Assembly (NCBI GenBank): GCA_032718475.1
Contig: JAUCBJ010003173.1
Location: 1 to 64,000, forward strand
DNA from: Nemertoderma westbladi
Taxonomy: Eukaryota; Animalia; Xenacoelomorpha
Length of the DNA stretch: 64,000 nt
Direction: 5' to 3'
The first letter of the stretch is position 1. Each line of letters opens with the position of its first letter. The position numbers were made by a program, and so were the translations under genes. A model generated the notes under the pieces. That model had not been told where the DNA came from. It searched no databases and saw nothing but the letters and a program-made list of their open reading frames with translations. Of the stretch, positions 8,969 to 23,299 are shown in pieces.

Positions 8969-11900
8969 TAATGCTGGAATAGGCTCTAACAGTAGTCCAG
9001 GACACTCGATACGAAGGACCGAGATATCTATGGATCACAAAACCGAAGAAGAGAGGAAATCCGGGGGAACATCGGATGGATAAGAGGTTTATCAACCCAG
9101 GATGTGGATTACGTGGGAGTTTACATCACATGAAAATATCTTGTATATCCACAGAAACACAGGTGACACATTGCGTACACTGCGGTCAATACGATCGATC
9201 ACTTGTTAGTGGTGTGCAACCGGTTGAACACATGGTGTACAGCATGTGGATTCAGAGGACATAAAGGATCTGTGTTACGATATATGCCGTTATGTCCGAA
9301 ACAGCCCATTATACAGTATAAAATAAATTAGATAAGTGTGTATTAATATGCAACTGCAGTATAATTAGATAAGGTAAATAAAATCTGTATGTAGCTTTAA
9401 ATACATATTTTTTATAATAAAACCATAGTGTATTAATTTACGGTGGCAAAATTCTATAGATCAAATATATGAATTTGCCGCTTTATAATATCTATTAAAT
9501 CTACTCAATAATTGTGCTAATTTCGACTATGTGTCTATATTAATCAATATTTGTGCTAAATTTACGCTTAAATTGTGCTTTTAATAATTGCCAAATTAAT
9601 TTAGGGCGATTATGCGTTTCTGCTCGCTGGTTGGTCGAGAGCCCAGCTGGGAGAACCCTGGATCTGGCTGATCATGTGAGCAGAATAGACATTGCGTCAT
9701 TCTTGTTAGTTTTGTGTTAGCCATCTTGAATTTGTTGAATTTGCTCTTCCATTTAGACTGTAAATTTGCTGCCCTTCTGCTAAAAATGTGACTTTGCATA
9801 CGATTACTGCTTGGTCTGATTCTTGATTTTGATTTCTGATTGTTAATTATAATCACTATGATGCAATAAATCTCGACTAATTCTTTGTTTCTTCGAGACT
9901 GTCAGACTGTTTGATGTTTGTTACGGCGTTACGGTAACAGCCCACTTTAGTTTGCAGGGCTAAGGGTAGGCGTAGCGCTCGCACTGTTCAGAAGTGACGG
10001 TGGGAGAGTTGGAGGATACAATGTACGGCAGTACCGGCTGGGCTGGTGACTGTGGGTAGGGCTGATTAAAGTCTAGGACCGGGGACCAGTCATCATTACG
10101 GCTGTGAGGGCAAGGCGACCCAGATTTTGTCTCTCAGTTTTTTGCTAGTTAGTTAGATAGAAAGATATTATTGATCTGGGGTGACCCTGGATAACTACGC
10201 TACCGCTATAAATGTGGCTGTTGCTACGCTGTTATTATTGTAGTATTGTTTAGGAAATGCCCGATTCTTGATTGTAATGTTTTAGATAGGCGCTATTTCT
10301 TGATTGTTTTCTATTTCTGAATCTATGCTTGCTTAAATTGCGGTTAGGTCAAATAATACGGTATTTAGACTGACTCTAGTGTAACCCAGTAGCGTAACTA
10401 GTTAGCGTTACAATTCTGGAATACCTTGTTAAATTAGTTTGCAACTCCGTACGTTTGAGTAAATGTAGTTTATGCTAGTTTTTAGAACAAAATAAGGATT
10501 TCATACGCTGCATAGCGGAGAATAGTTTTAGTTATTTACGCTTACGAAATATTTTGGACTAATTTGCACAAGGCGGTTATCCGAGAATATCGGGTTTACA
10601 AGTTTTGCAGTAGTCGCAGGTGTAGCGAAGCAGTAGACTAGCTGATTACAGTCAGCACCAAGTTCACCGGAGTTTAGATAACGGGTTTCCCCTCATTTGC
10701 AACATTAAATACTCTCACAAACAACATTTGTCCGCCTGACTGCTTTCTTTCTCTGTGAGAAGTGAACAAATTGGAGAGAAAAGTCACCGACACTCCGATT
10801 AGTAGCCTGGGAAGCCAAATCGGATTTATTGTTTTGGTTATTTCTGTTTCGGCTTGTGTTTAGAGTGATTAGCTTGATATGTTATAGTTTGAATAAACCC
10901 ATTTGTTTCATTCGAAAATACAAACATATCAAAAGGAAGAATCCCCTTTGAGATTTCTTTAACAATCTGAGTGCCAAGAAAGAAGTACAGACGATACAGA
11001 TGCTATTGAGTTTCAAATCTTACGCAGTTGGAGGAAAGCTTACGTATAGAAGAAAAAAACAGATACGATTCTACTTCTTCACAGAGGAACAGGAGCGGTA
11101 TATATGGAGATACGGAACTATCTTTACAAGTCACGACTTGATGGCTGCTTCGGTGAAAGTAAGCCTGGAAAGAATCCAGCATGAAATCACAGGGCAGGAA
11201 CTACAGGATTGGACGACCTCAGACGATGGTTATTGCGAAATGTATCGAGCGCGTACATACAACAACGGCAAGTGAGCGAGAAAGACTAGTAAGAAATACC
11301 TTTCAAGAAACAAAAAAGATATTAAAACTCCATATTATAACAAGAAGCGGTCCTATTGAGTGAACAAGGATATTAATCGATTTATACTTACATACGACGT
11401 TACTTTACGTAGAAGAATAATTCTTTTATAGTTATACATATAAACTGCTTGAATATAATAACGAAATATAAATTACATTTACATTTATATGACTCTAGTG
11501 TTAGATATGTTACTTTACAGGACTATAAAATAACTTTATATGATTGTGATTTAATCATTTGTTAATTTCCAGGATTAATGCAAATTAATTATTACAGTTT
11601 ATTTCCTTAACAATATTATTCACAATTATCGGGAAACAGTTTATAAGTATAAAGTAATAAAAGGTTAGTAAAAAAAGAGTAACTGAGGAAGGTAAATAAA
11701 TCATCGAGGGGGAGCATTGTACTCAGGTGAGATGACTATATGAGTTGGAGTGAAGTGGGCATTATTAGGTCGTAAGTTTAGGCTAAAATGGGGACATTAT
11801 GAGATTGGTTTGGTATTACTTTTGTGTCAACAAGCTGACAAGGGGGATTGTTAGTGAATAACACCAAAATAAGTGATATATTTAGGAGAGTAACAACAGG

Positions 11901-13392
11901 GGATGTAACATTGACAAACAGAATGAATCATAGCGTGGTATGATTAAAAGTGAAGTAATAACCAGGTTGAGGTTTGAGTACAGAGTGTGATGGCCAAACC
12001 CAGTTTAGATACTGCATATTGATAAGACCTAACAATGGTGCAATAAATACTGTAGGAATTACAATACAGTAAGAACAATGTATCCGGTTGGATTAAGTGG
12101 GCGAAAGGGGTTATCATTGGATTGGGGGGTTTACCAACAAGTACTCACAGCTGAGAGAGGTAACTGACATTTTGGGCGTACAACGTGGAGGTGTTAATAT
12201 TAGATCGGTCAGATGGTTAGTGACGATTATTGCTCAATATCGTGGCGTATTTAATGGCGAATTAAATGTCACATCACCTTATCTATTAAATATTATTGTA
12301 TATTATTCGTGTTTAGTTATTCGCACAGTACGCGCAGTACCTTCCATTGGTGATAAATAGTAGTTATTGTTCTGTAGTTATCAATATATTGCAACTCAAA
12401 CTGAACCTTCTTATTTATTACACTGCTTCCGGGGTCTACTACATATCTACATATCCTCGAACGGCCACGGGTTGACCGACAGCAGGTTCCCTGCTGAACG
12501 AAACCGGAAGTCTAGTAGGACGGGAGGTAGATATTCTACTAGGGAAGCACCTAAGGATCGGATAAGGGTTTTTCGATTTTCTCACCCCTATGACGAAAGA
12601 TATCCCTTCGGTGATGTTTACTGGAGGAGTTCCCTTACATTTAGTGTTATTGTAAATCTAATATCTGTATAGGACTTACCGTGTACTCAATACTGCTTGG
12701 AATGCAGTATTGCTGCTGAAAATACTGCTGGAAACAGTATATTGGATCAATGTTCCTCATCATGATTTTAATTAATTGTAGTGTCAAAAGAAGCACAAGA
12801 CTCTCCGCTTTCAATTGATATAAGCCACTTGTGAAATAATAGTAATTTAATGTGTATTTGAATTGATCGAAAATTGCTACCCATAGAAACCAAGATAAAA
12901 TTTATCAGAGCACTTCGTAGAAGTGACGTCCAATCTGTAGCCGCCAATCACAGCCAAATTTTCAAAATTGGCTTCCCAGGCTTACTTAAACACACCATTT
13001 CGACCGTTTCCTCGTGCTTTTACAAAAAACACATCCCGCCACTCCATTCAGGGCTCCTTGTTACCCCTTATGCAATTGTTTCTAACCCAACAATATATTT
13101 TGCGCAGCAACCCTATTGTGTAGTCGGTAGTGCATGTGTATTTCGTTTTTGAAATAGTTACTTTATTAAGAACTCATTCTAAATAATTCGAGGAAAAATC
13201 ACACGTTCGAGTTATGGGAAAGGATGTGAAGCGATATAGCAGTGACTTAAGTCAGAACTAATTATTGTTTTGATTTTACAAAATAAATCAACTATTACCA
13301 CCCGAATTGGTATAAGTGGTTTATATGGACTTCAGTGTTACCCGGGTGCGGGGCAACCAAGCTGCACTTCCGTTTTACCCTGGTGTGGGGCC

Positions 13393-13650
13393 ACTACTAC
13401 TAGGATCGGCATGCTGCATTGCAGCTGCATCTTTAAGAATGCTGTGCCGGCTTGTCAACAAAATTGCACCGCCACAACTCCCTATCACCCATGACATTTG
13501 CTAGATCATCCGCATCTTCAAGGCCAGTGTCCTTTAAGATGCGTCTCAAGAAAGTCATGCGCTGTCCACCATGCTTATTCGCTCCATGAGGCTGCCAAAG
13601 TACAAGATTATGCACTGGCTGGTCCTCACGGTGAAAGCAATGTCCTGCAA
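13393..13650 (-). mobile_element. RTE-clade LINE, 3'-terminal fragment with (TAG)n tail
   Basis: Near-identical to 30539-30793; encodes ...HNLVLWQPHG...MGDRELWR... Confidence 0.88.
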
Positions 13651-13705
13651 AGGGCCACTAGGCTACACTTCTGTGTTACCCATGTGCAGGGAATATTATT
13701 AATCA

Positions 13706-13745
<40 letters not shown>

Positions 13746-14382
13746 ATATATATTCCTTGTAGCCAAAACGTTTTTTTTACAGAAAAAAATATATGCACAT
13801 ATATAGCAAATATACAAGTTTCCAAAACGTCTAACAAGAAAAATATTAATATTGACGAAATAAATATTGGAACCTACTGTAAGTGACTACTACTAAAATG
13901 TAGTAGTAGTTAATACTGAAGACTGGAGTTACGGGGAGGTACACCATTTTAATCCAAAATATTTTGAAATTAGTTTTATGATCGATTATAATGCACAATT
14001 AATTGGTGTTTCCCAATCTAAAACAAATATTTAATAGCTCTTTTATTTTTCACGTTATAACAATTTCCATTTAGGTACAGTATTTTAATGTCTACAATGC
14101 CAAAATTGTAAATTAAGTGAAAATTTTTACTGAAATTATTAAAATGTTGATTGATTGATGTACGGAGACAGGGAGGGGGGGACTGGACGCAAATCCCATA
14201 TTGGCGAATTAATATCCCCCTCAATGTTAAAATTGCAATTTAGGGAAAGGAGCAGGTTACAGTGGCAAGTTATTTTAACCAAAACAATAAACCATATACA
14301 ATAAAACAGCTTACAGTTTTATTTTTGAAAGTTATCAGGTTTTATTTGCGACGAACTAATTTACATTGCGTTCTATTAATAA

Positions 14383-14995
14383 TGTGGGGCGAGACACGTA
14401 GTCGGCGAGCCTTGGCATACGGTTCATATAGGGCAAATGGGGCATGTCCGTCTGTCTGTCTGTCTGTCTGGTAAATGTTTGAACGCGAATTTCTCCGCAT
14501 CGCTGGTTCGGAATTGAACCAAACTTAGTAGGTAAGTAGTAGAGAGAAAGTTTAGAAAGTTTGTAAAGTTTGGTGAAAAATCATGCAGTCTGACGTCAGC
14601 TACGACAGATTATGTGGTTTTTAGAAAATGTTAAATTTCTCGGGAAGGCCTCATTTTCCTGAGCTGAAATTTTGGTGGCCTGTAGAGAATCATGAAGTCT
14701 ATCTTTTACGAAATTGAAAAGTTAAGACATTTAATTGAGGATCCGCTAGAGACTCAGAAGTAATGACATAGGCCTACCGGTACGGTACTGCTGTACAGTG
14801 CTGCACTGGTAAGTACGAAATTGCAGAATAACAATTTGACACCACCTAGCGGATTAACATATGATTGTATATCGAATGAATACATTTATAGCATGGGATA
14901 TTGGGTCCAAACTAGACATGCCCCATTTGCTCTATATGAACCGTATGCCAAGGCTTGCCGACTACGTGCTGCGCGAAGTCCCCACGAACGTGTAG
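14383..14995 (+). mobile_element. Non-autonomous element with ~65-bp inverted ends and a (GTCT)n tract; Helentron/DINE-1-like or MITE
   Basis: CACGTAGTCGGCGAGCCTTGGCATACGGTTCATATAGGGCAAATGGGGCATGTC is mirrored at ~14915-14968; GTCCGTCTGTCTGTC follows the left arm; a second, inverted copy lies at ~56146-56983. Confidence 0.7.
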
Positions 14996-15399
14996 TGTAC
15001 AGATACAGTATTTCTATATTTCTCTACATTACTTCTCATTGGTTCCAAAATTTCTGCTTGATTCCGATCACCATACCGTAGTATGGGGGGAGGGGGGGGG
15101 GGGGGGCAACCACTATTATTTATGATAACATTCTTCTACATTTTTGTTATGTTAAAATGTTAAAATATAAGAAGTAATCTTGTACAAAATCTATCTTCTT
15201 GTCTAAACTTGAAATCAACGGCCGTAATCATTGCTGATATTTGATCATGAAATTTAAGATGAAATCTAATTCAAAATAAATGACACTATTGTAAGTGACT
15301 TACACTTATGTAGATACTATAAAGAAGTTAATACTGCACACTGGAATTAAGCTGAAAATGAAATGAAAGAGATACAGTACAAACTTGGGATTTACAAAT

Positions 15400-18300
15400 A
15401 GTGAAATGCCGTTCTGGTCACATACATATCCAGTATCTCTCAGTACGAAATCCAAAGAGTAATCTTGGACGAAATCTAGGCTGAAATCGATGCTGTAATC
15501 TTAAAAGCTAAATCTAAAAAGTAATTTTGGATCAAATCTAACATCTCGTACAATTTGAAATCTAAGACCACAATCCGTGATTTATTCTGAAATCTAAGAC
15601 GAAATCCAAAGAGTAATCTTGGACGAAATATAAGCTTTAATCTATGGGGTAGGGACAAATCTAAGCAGATATCTATGGTGTAATCTTAGACAAAACATAA
15701 TCTGAAATCTAAAAAGTAATTTTGAACGAAATCTAACCTCTCGTCTAACTTGAAATCTCGGCTTAGATTTATTCTGAAATCTAAGACGAAAACCAAAGAG
15801 TAATCTTGGAATATAAGCCGGAATGAAGCCGACTGTTAAGAACCAACAGCGTAATGTATAGTAGTATATTGATATTCACATACACTACATGATAACTTCA
15901 CATAATAGTAGAGTAGTAATTAGTACAAGATACCACATACATCATCAACTTTATATCAGTAACGATATTTACAGAAATTATATTTTACAGTACAGTAAGT
16001 GTGCATTGTACTAGATAAACATTCATTGCCAGCTATTCAAAGAATATTAATAGTAATAATAGCTAAGAGGTACGTACACTTTGAATAATAGTAAAGTGCC
16101 GTTCTGGTCACATACATATATCTCTCAGTACGTTTTGCCTACACCTTGATACATAATTATTTAACTTGTAGCTAGAACGTTATTTTATGAATCATACAGT
16201 ATGTAACATAAACGTCATTTTTACATTAAGTTTTAATCTTGGACGAAATATAAGCTTTAATCTATGGGGTAGGGACAAATCTAAGCAGAAATCTATGGGG
16301 TAATCTTAGACAAAACATAATCTGAAATCGAAAAAGTAATCTTGGACGAAATCTAACCTCTCGTCTAACTTGATATCCCAAACCACAATCTTGGCTTAGA
16401 TTTATTGTGAAACCGAAACGGAAATCCAAAGAGTAATCTTGGACGAAATCTAAGCTGAAATCGATGCTGTAATCTTAAAAGCTAAATCTAAAAAGTAATT
16501 TTGGATCAAATCTAACATCTCGTATAATTTGAAATCTAAGACCACAATCCTGATTTAGATTTATTCTGAAATCTAAGACGAAATCCAAAGAGTAATCTTG
16601 GACGAAATATAAGCTTTAATCTATGGGGTAGGGACAAATCTAAGCAGAAATCTATGGGGTAATCTTAGACAAAACATAATCTGAAATCTAAAAAGTAATT
16701 TTGAACGAAATCTAACCTCTCGTCTAACTTGAAATCTCGGCTTAGATTTATTCTGAAATCTAAGACGAAAACCAAAGAGTAATCTTGGAATATAAGCCGG
16801 AATGAAGCCGACTGTTTAGAACCAACAGCGTAATGTATAGTATATAGATATTCACATACACTACATGATAACTTCACATAATAGTAGAGTAGTAATTAGT
16901 ACAAGATACCACATACATCATCAACTTTATATCAGTAACGATATTTACAGAAATTTATTATATTTTACAGTACAGTAAGTGTACATTGTACTAGATAAAC
17001 ATTCATTGCCAGCTATTCAAAGAATATTAATAGTAATAATAACTAAGAGGTATGTACACTTTGAATAATAGTAAAGTGCCGTTCTGGTCACATACATATA
17101 TCTCTCAGTACGTTTTGCCTACACCTTGATACATAATTATTTAACTTGTAGCTAGAACGTTATTTTATGAATAACATACAGTATGTAACATAAACGTCAT
17201 TTTTACATTAGTTTTAATCTTGGACGTAATATAAGCTTTAATCTATGGGGTAGGGACAAATCTAAGCAGAAATCTATGGGGTAATCTTAGACAAAACATA
17301 ATCTGAAATCGAAAAAGTAATTTTGAACAAAATCTAACCTCTCGTCTAACTTGAAATCTCGGCTTAGATTTATTCTGAAATCTAAGACGAAAACCAAAGA
17401 GTAATCTTGGAATATAAGCCGGAATGAAGCCGACTGTTTAGAACCAACAGCGTAATGTATAGTAGTATATAGATATTCACATACACTACATGATAACTTC
17501 ACATAATAGTAGAGTAGTAATTAGTACAAGATACCACATACATCATCAACTTTATATCAGTAACGATATTTACAGAAATTATATTTTACAGTACAGTAAG
17601 TTAGTGTGCATTGTACTAGACAGTTCATTCATTGCCAGCTATTCAAAGAATATTTATAGTAATAATAGCTAAGAGGTACGTACACTTTGAATAATAGTAA
17701 AGTGCCGTTCTGGTCACATACATATATCTCTCAGTACGTTTTGCCTACCACCTTGATACATAATTATTAAACTTGTAGCTAGAACGTTATTTTATGAATA
17801 ACATATGTAACATAAACGTCATTTCTACATTAAGTCAGTCTTAATCTTGGTCGAAATATAAACTGAAATCTATGGGGTAATCTTAGACGAAATATAAGTT
17901 AAATCTAAAAGGTAATTTTGGAAGAAGTCTAACAGTCAAACATAAATCTCGCATAACTTGAAATCTAAGACCACAATCCTGATTTAGATTTATTCTGAAA
18001 TCTAATACGAATTCCAGAGTAGTAATCTTGGACGAAATATATGCCGGAATTAAGCCAACTGTTTGGACCAACAGCGTACTGTAGATATTCACATACACTA
18101 CATGATAATTTCACATAATACAGTAGTAGAGTAGTAATTAGTACAAGATGCGCATATACATTATCAACTTTATATCAGTAAAGATATTTACAGAAATTAT
18201 ATTTTACAGTAAGTGTGAATTGTACTACAGTACATTCATTGCTTATTGAAGGAATATTAATAGTAATAATAGCTAAGAGGTACATATACTTGAGATTTAT

Positions 18301-18960
18301 AACTAATAGTAAAGTGCCGTTCTGATCACATACATATTGGTCACATACATATATCTCTCAGTACGTTTTGCCTACACCTTGATACATAATTATTTAACTT
18401 GTAGCTAGAACGTTATTTTATGAATAACATATGTAACATAAACGTCATTTTTACATTAAGTTTTAATCTTGGACGAAATATAAGCTTTAATCTATGGGGT
18501 AGGGACAAATCTAAGCAGAAATCTATGGGGTGATCTTAGACAAAACATAATCTGAAATCTAAAAAGTAATTTTGAACGAAATCTAACCTCTCGTCTAACT
18601 TGATATCTCGGCTTAGACTTATTCTGAAATCTAAGACGAAAACCAAAGAGTAATCTTGGAATATAAGCCGGAATGAAGCCGACTGTTTAGAACCAACAGC
18701 GTAATGTATAGTATATAGATATTCACATACACTACATGATAACTTCACTTTTGCCTACCACCTTGATACATAATTATTAAACTTGTAACTAGAACGTTAT
18801 TTTATTAATAACATATGTAACATAAACGCCATTTCTACATTAAGTCAGTCTTAATCTTGGTCGAAATATAAACTGAAATCTATGGGGTAATCTTAGACGA
18901 AATATAGCTGAAATCTAAAAAGTAATCTTGGACTAAATATTATCTTTCGTCCTACTTGAA
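15400..18960. repeat. Complex tandem repeat, ~620-bp unit (one ~980-bp variant) built from AATCT(A/T)-rich subrepeats, ~5 copies
   Basis: Marker GAATGAAGCCGACTG (or variant) recurs at ~15821, 16800, 17422, 18047 and 18671; GTGCCGTTCTGGTCACATAC recurs at a similar spacing. Confidence 0.9.
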
Positions 18961-20581
18961 ATGTAAGACTGTAATATTGGCTTTGATTTAATTTAAATCT
19001 AAGCAGAAATTCAAACAGTCAGCTTAACTTCAGTAAAAATCCTCCAAATAATTATAATTTTGTTGTGCATACTGGACATTAGGTTACTCATTCCAGGAAT
19101 ATAACTAGTAATTATAGCTAAGTGGATCACTTGGGATTGACAAATATAGTGAATTACCATTCTGGAATTATATGATCTGAAATATAGATTTTAATCTTAG
19201 TCAAAAAAGCATTAATCTAGGGCGTACTATAAATCGTAATCTATATAGCAATCTAAGGTGATGTCCAAGAAGTCTTACCTAAAATGTAATCAAACCTGTC
19301 GTCACTACAGTGACTTCAATTCTAACTCGCTCAAGATGTAAGTAAAGTACAAGCGCTGAATTACAACCTAGTGTAGACTCTAATCCGTAATTCGATAAAT
19401 ATTTTAATATTTTTGAATGAATTCATTGGGAATCTATGGCTTTTCAATAAACGACCTCAGTTAGGGTGTATCATATAACCGTTTTCCCCTTATCCTTTAG
19501 TATAACAGGAATCGGCGCAGGGTGCACAGCAATGTCTACTATGTACACATAAGTAATGATATGTTATACAACTAGGGCGATATCTCGTTGACAAGACCCA
19601 GCATCACCCTGCAGAACGCAGAGACGCAGTCTGAAGCTTGTTGGACTCTGTTTTCGCTGGAAGGATCAACCTGTCCGCAATCTCGTGCTGTGGCAACCTT
19701 CCTTCGAGAATAGGTGTGGTGGACAGCCAATGAGTTTCCTCAAAGGCCTGCTTAAGGACACCAAACTTGAGAATAGGGATGAACTGGAAAACTATATAGC
19801 TGAATGTGAAATCTGGGGGCGCTATGTTGTTGGTTCCGACGGCACTGCACCTTAGTTCAAACTGATGATCATCATTACTATATATAATAAATTCACAAAC
19901 CAAATTCAACTGTTTACATTCCAAATTTCCGATCCAATAATCATTGCTTAAATAAAACACTCACAATAACCGCGTTCAATTGTGTAATTAAGTCACTCTA
20001 AATGAACTTCAGTTACTAATTAGTATATCTCAGAATAACACATAACTTGGTGAACTGTATAGTCTGTCAAAGGCTTGAAATAGAATTTGCATAGAATTAA
20101 ATAATATTTTTATTGAATATGAACATGAACATGAATTTATTATTATTGGTATGGCTGAATAAATGTAGTAATATTACTATTAAAATTTGAAGTTAACCAC
20201 CATGATGTTAGTTTTCGTAAAATATAAGGCCGATTATTATAAAATTTAGCTCTTTGTATACATTGGCATTACTTAAAAAATAATAACAGTGAAAAATATA
20301 CTGTACTTGTACATAAACTATGTATTCTATGAAACTGACGGGAAACCTACCTACTGGCTGACAGAAGCTCCTCAAACATATTGTAATCCGTTATATATGT
20401 ACAGTATATATAATCCGTTAGATGTTAAACCAATTTTTGGTGAAGACGTTTTGGCTACTTGATAACGTTTTGGCTACTCGTAGCCAAAACGTTTAAAATC
20501 TACCAAAACGTCTACCGCATATAACTTGGAGTAGCTAGAACGTCACTGCATATAACAAATTAAACGTTTTAGCTACAACGA

Positions 20582-20623
<42 letters not shown>

Positions 20624-21120
20624 ATAAGATGTTTCTTCCAATTTCTTCGATTTAAACTGATAGAATTACCGATAGGCCTACAGTTAGTGTTTCAGCTACA
20701 ATAATATCGTGAAGTGATGGCGTCGTTTATATATAAAGGAATGAATAACCATTCTGAATAAAGTCCGACTTTAAATGTTCATTGTTTATGTTATAAACGT
20801 GTTGTGCATATATAGTCTTTGTTTTAAGAAATGTAGCTGTTCGATAATGATTCCCCGTCATTAGGTTAGGTCCTTTGGTTTTTATGTCCTGTGACAATAA
20901 CTCCTGCACCAATAGATCCTGTGGAGTGCTTGAGAGAAAGGAGCAGGTTACCGTGACAGTGACATCTAAGCAAAACAATAAACGAGAGTCAATATAACAG
21001 GTTACAGGTAAATGTTTGCTAGTAAAGTATCAGCTGTAAATATATATAAAACTACTGTATTACGCAAGACATGAAGATGCAGAACCAAAGTCAGAAAGTC
21101 ACAGTGACATAATAACGCAG

Positions 21121-22153
21121 GCAGGACCTAACGACCACCAACGACCACTCGCAGTACCTAGAGGCACAGGACCTAACCACCACTCGCAGTACCTACAAAG
21201 AGACACAGGACCTAACCACCACTCGCAGTACCTACATAGAGACACAGGACCTAACCACCACTCGCAGTACCTACAAAGAGACACAGGACCTAACCACCAC
21301 TCGCAGTACCTACAAAGAGACACAGGACCTAACCACCACTCGCAGTACCTACATAGAGACACAGGACCTAACGACCATTCGCAGGACCTACAAAGAGACA
21401 CAGGACCTAACCACCACTCGCAGTACCTACAAAGAGACACAGGACCTAACCACCACTCGCAGTACCTACAAAGAGACACAGGACCTAACCACCACTCGCA
21501 GTACCTACAAAGATACACAGGACCTAACCACCACTCGCAGTACCTACATAGAGACACAGGACCTAACGACCATTCGCAGGACCTACAAAGAGACACAGGA
21601 CCTAACCACCACTCGCAGTACCTACAAAGAGACACAGGACCTAACCACCACTCGCAGTACCTACAAAGAGACACAGGACCTAACCACCACTCGCAGTACC
21701 TACATAGAGACACAGGACCTAACGACCATTCGCAGGACCTACAAAGAGACACAGGACCTAACCACCACTCGCAGTACCTACAAAGAGACACAGGACCTAA
21801 CCACCACTCGCAGTACCTACATAGAGACACAGGACCTAACGACCATTCGCAGGACCTACAAAGAGACACAGGACCTAACCACCACTCGCAGTACCTACAA
21901 AGAGACACAGGACCTAACCACCACTCGCAGTACCTACAAAGAGACACAGGACCTAACCACCACTCGCAGTACCTACAAAGAGACACAGGACCTAACCACC
22001 ACTCGCAGTACCTACAAAGAGACACAGGACCTAACCACCACTCGCAGTACCTACAAAGAGACACAGGACCTAACCACCACTCGCAGTACCTACATAGAGA
22101 CACAGGACCTAACGACCTTTCGCAGGACCTACCAAGAGACACAGGACCCAACA
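21121..22153. repeat. Minisatellite, 39-bp unit (AGAGACACAGGACCTAACCACCACTCGCAGTACCTACAA), ~26 copies
   Basis: Exact 39-bp period with a recurring variant unit (AACGACCATTCGCAGGACC). Confidence 0.96.
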
Positions 22154-23299
22154 TCCTAATGAGCTAATGATGCGTTAATTTGACCATGTAGATCGTAAGT
22201 TTCCATTTGACAGTATCTATTAATCTATTTTGCACAAGACACCATTATAAACACACAAACTAAGAATGGCTGTGACATAAATACCGAATATATTAGAACT
22301 ACACATAACAGGACTCACAATAATATAGAGACTAGACTTTCTGGTTGGGGCGTACTGATAGGGAACATGTATAAAGTATAGATGCATCGTAAATACATAC
22401 ATCGAGTCTCCATGCATCATTTAAAGTTTAATATTTTTAACAATTTCGAAATGGTTAAACATCAAATTCGAAAAAAAATTTTACTCCCGAGTATAGGCCA
22501 ATATGGAGTGTTTGTTCTATATCATTACCAATAAAGATTTGGAAATTAAGTTGTGGTTTGATTGCTTTGAGATTAAACTTATGTTATCACTGTAGTTGTT
22601 GATAAAGTAACAATTATTGTGTTAGTTTGTGGTTGTGTTTGATCACATAATATTATATTGACTGGTATTATCAATGTAGTAGGTGAATATTAATAAGTTT
22701 GATGTGTGGTACCTATTTATGAGATTATATATAAATATTTTTACTTCGTAATAAGGATTATCGGGTTATAGGTGCTGCCCCTCATCACCACTGTTTCTTC
22801 GATTGTCATTTAGGTTTGTAATTGAAAAGGTCAATTTGATAAATGAAAGAAGATTTACATTGTTTTGATTTACATTTGTCATTTACATTTACATTTACAT
22901 TGATTTACAAGATTTACATTACTTGTGGCGCTTTATTTGTTACATATTAACCCCCTTTGGGACATCCGGAATCACACCACTTACTTGTGAGAGATATTAC
23001 ATTAATAATATATTTTCAATTTCCTTTTGGTATGCACACTTGTTGTCTGGGTAGAGAATGAAATATTTTTGTAGAGTATTGAGATTTATATATTTTTCCC
23101 ATCTGTATCGTTTTGATTAATATATAAACCTTTGTAGTGGGCCAGTCTGGTGTTCAGATTTCCCTCATTTTAATAACGTTTTGTTTTCCAGTTATGTTTT
23201 CTGCTCGATTTGATTTTGACAATGTATTCTGGTTTCCATTATATTAATAATGCCATTATAATAAACAGTGCGTGCAAGGTCTTTATGGAACCGCAGAGT

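Larger units (their letters stand above)
13753..20582. mobile_element. ~6.8-kb non-coding TIR element inserted in a (TA)n microsatellite and carrying a complex satellite
   Basis: TTCCTTGTAGCCAAAACGTTT (13753) matches the reverse complement of AAACGTTTTAGCTACAACGAA (20562-20582) at 19/21 bases; (TA)n tracts lie at 13706-13752 and 20583-20620. Confidence 0.6.

Noticed and set aside
8375-9095. Repetitive ORFs on both strands
   Set aside because: Products of a 28-bp (non-triplet) minisatellite; the frames cycle.
16665-18748. Repeated ~70-aa minus-strand ORFs
   Set aside because: Arise from the ~620-bp AT-rich tandem unit; alternative starts and no domain.
21099-22154. 351-aa Cys/Trp-rich ORF
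   Set aside because: Entirely a 39-bp tandem repeat with no unique N- or C-terminal domain.
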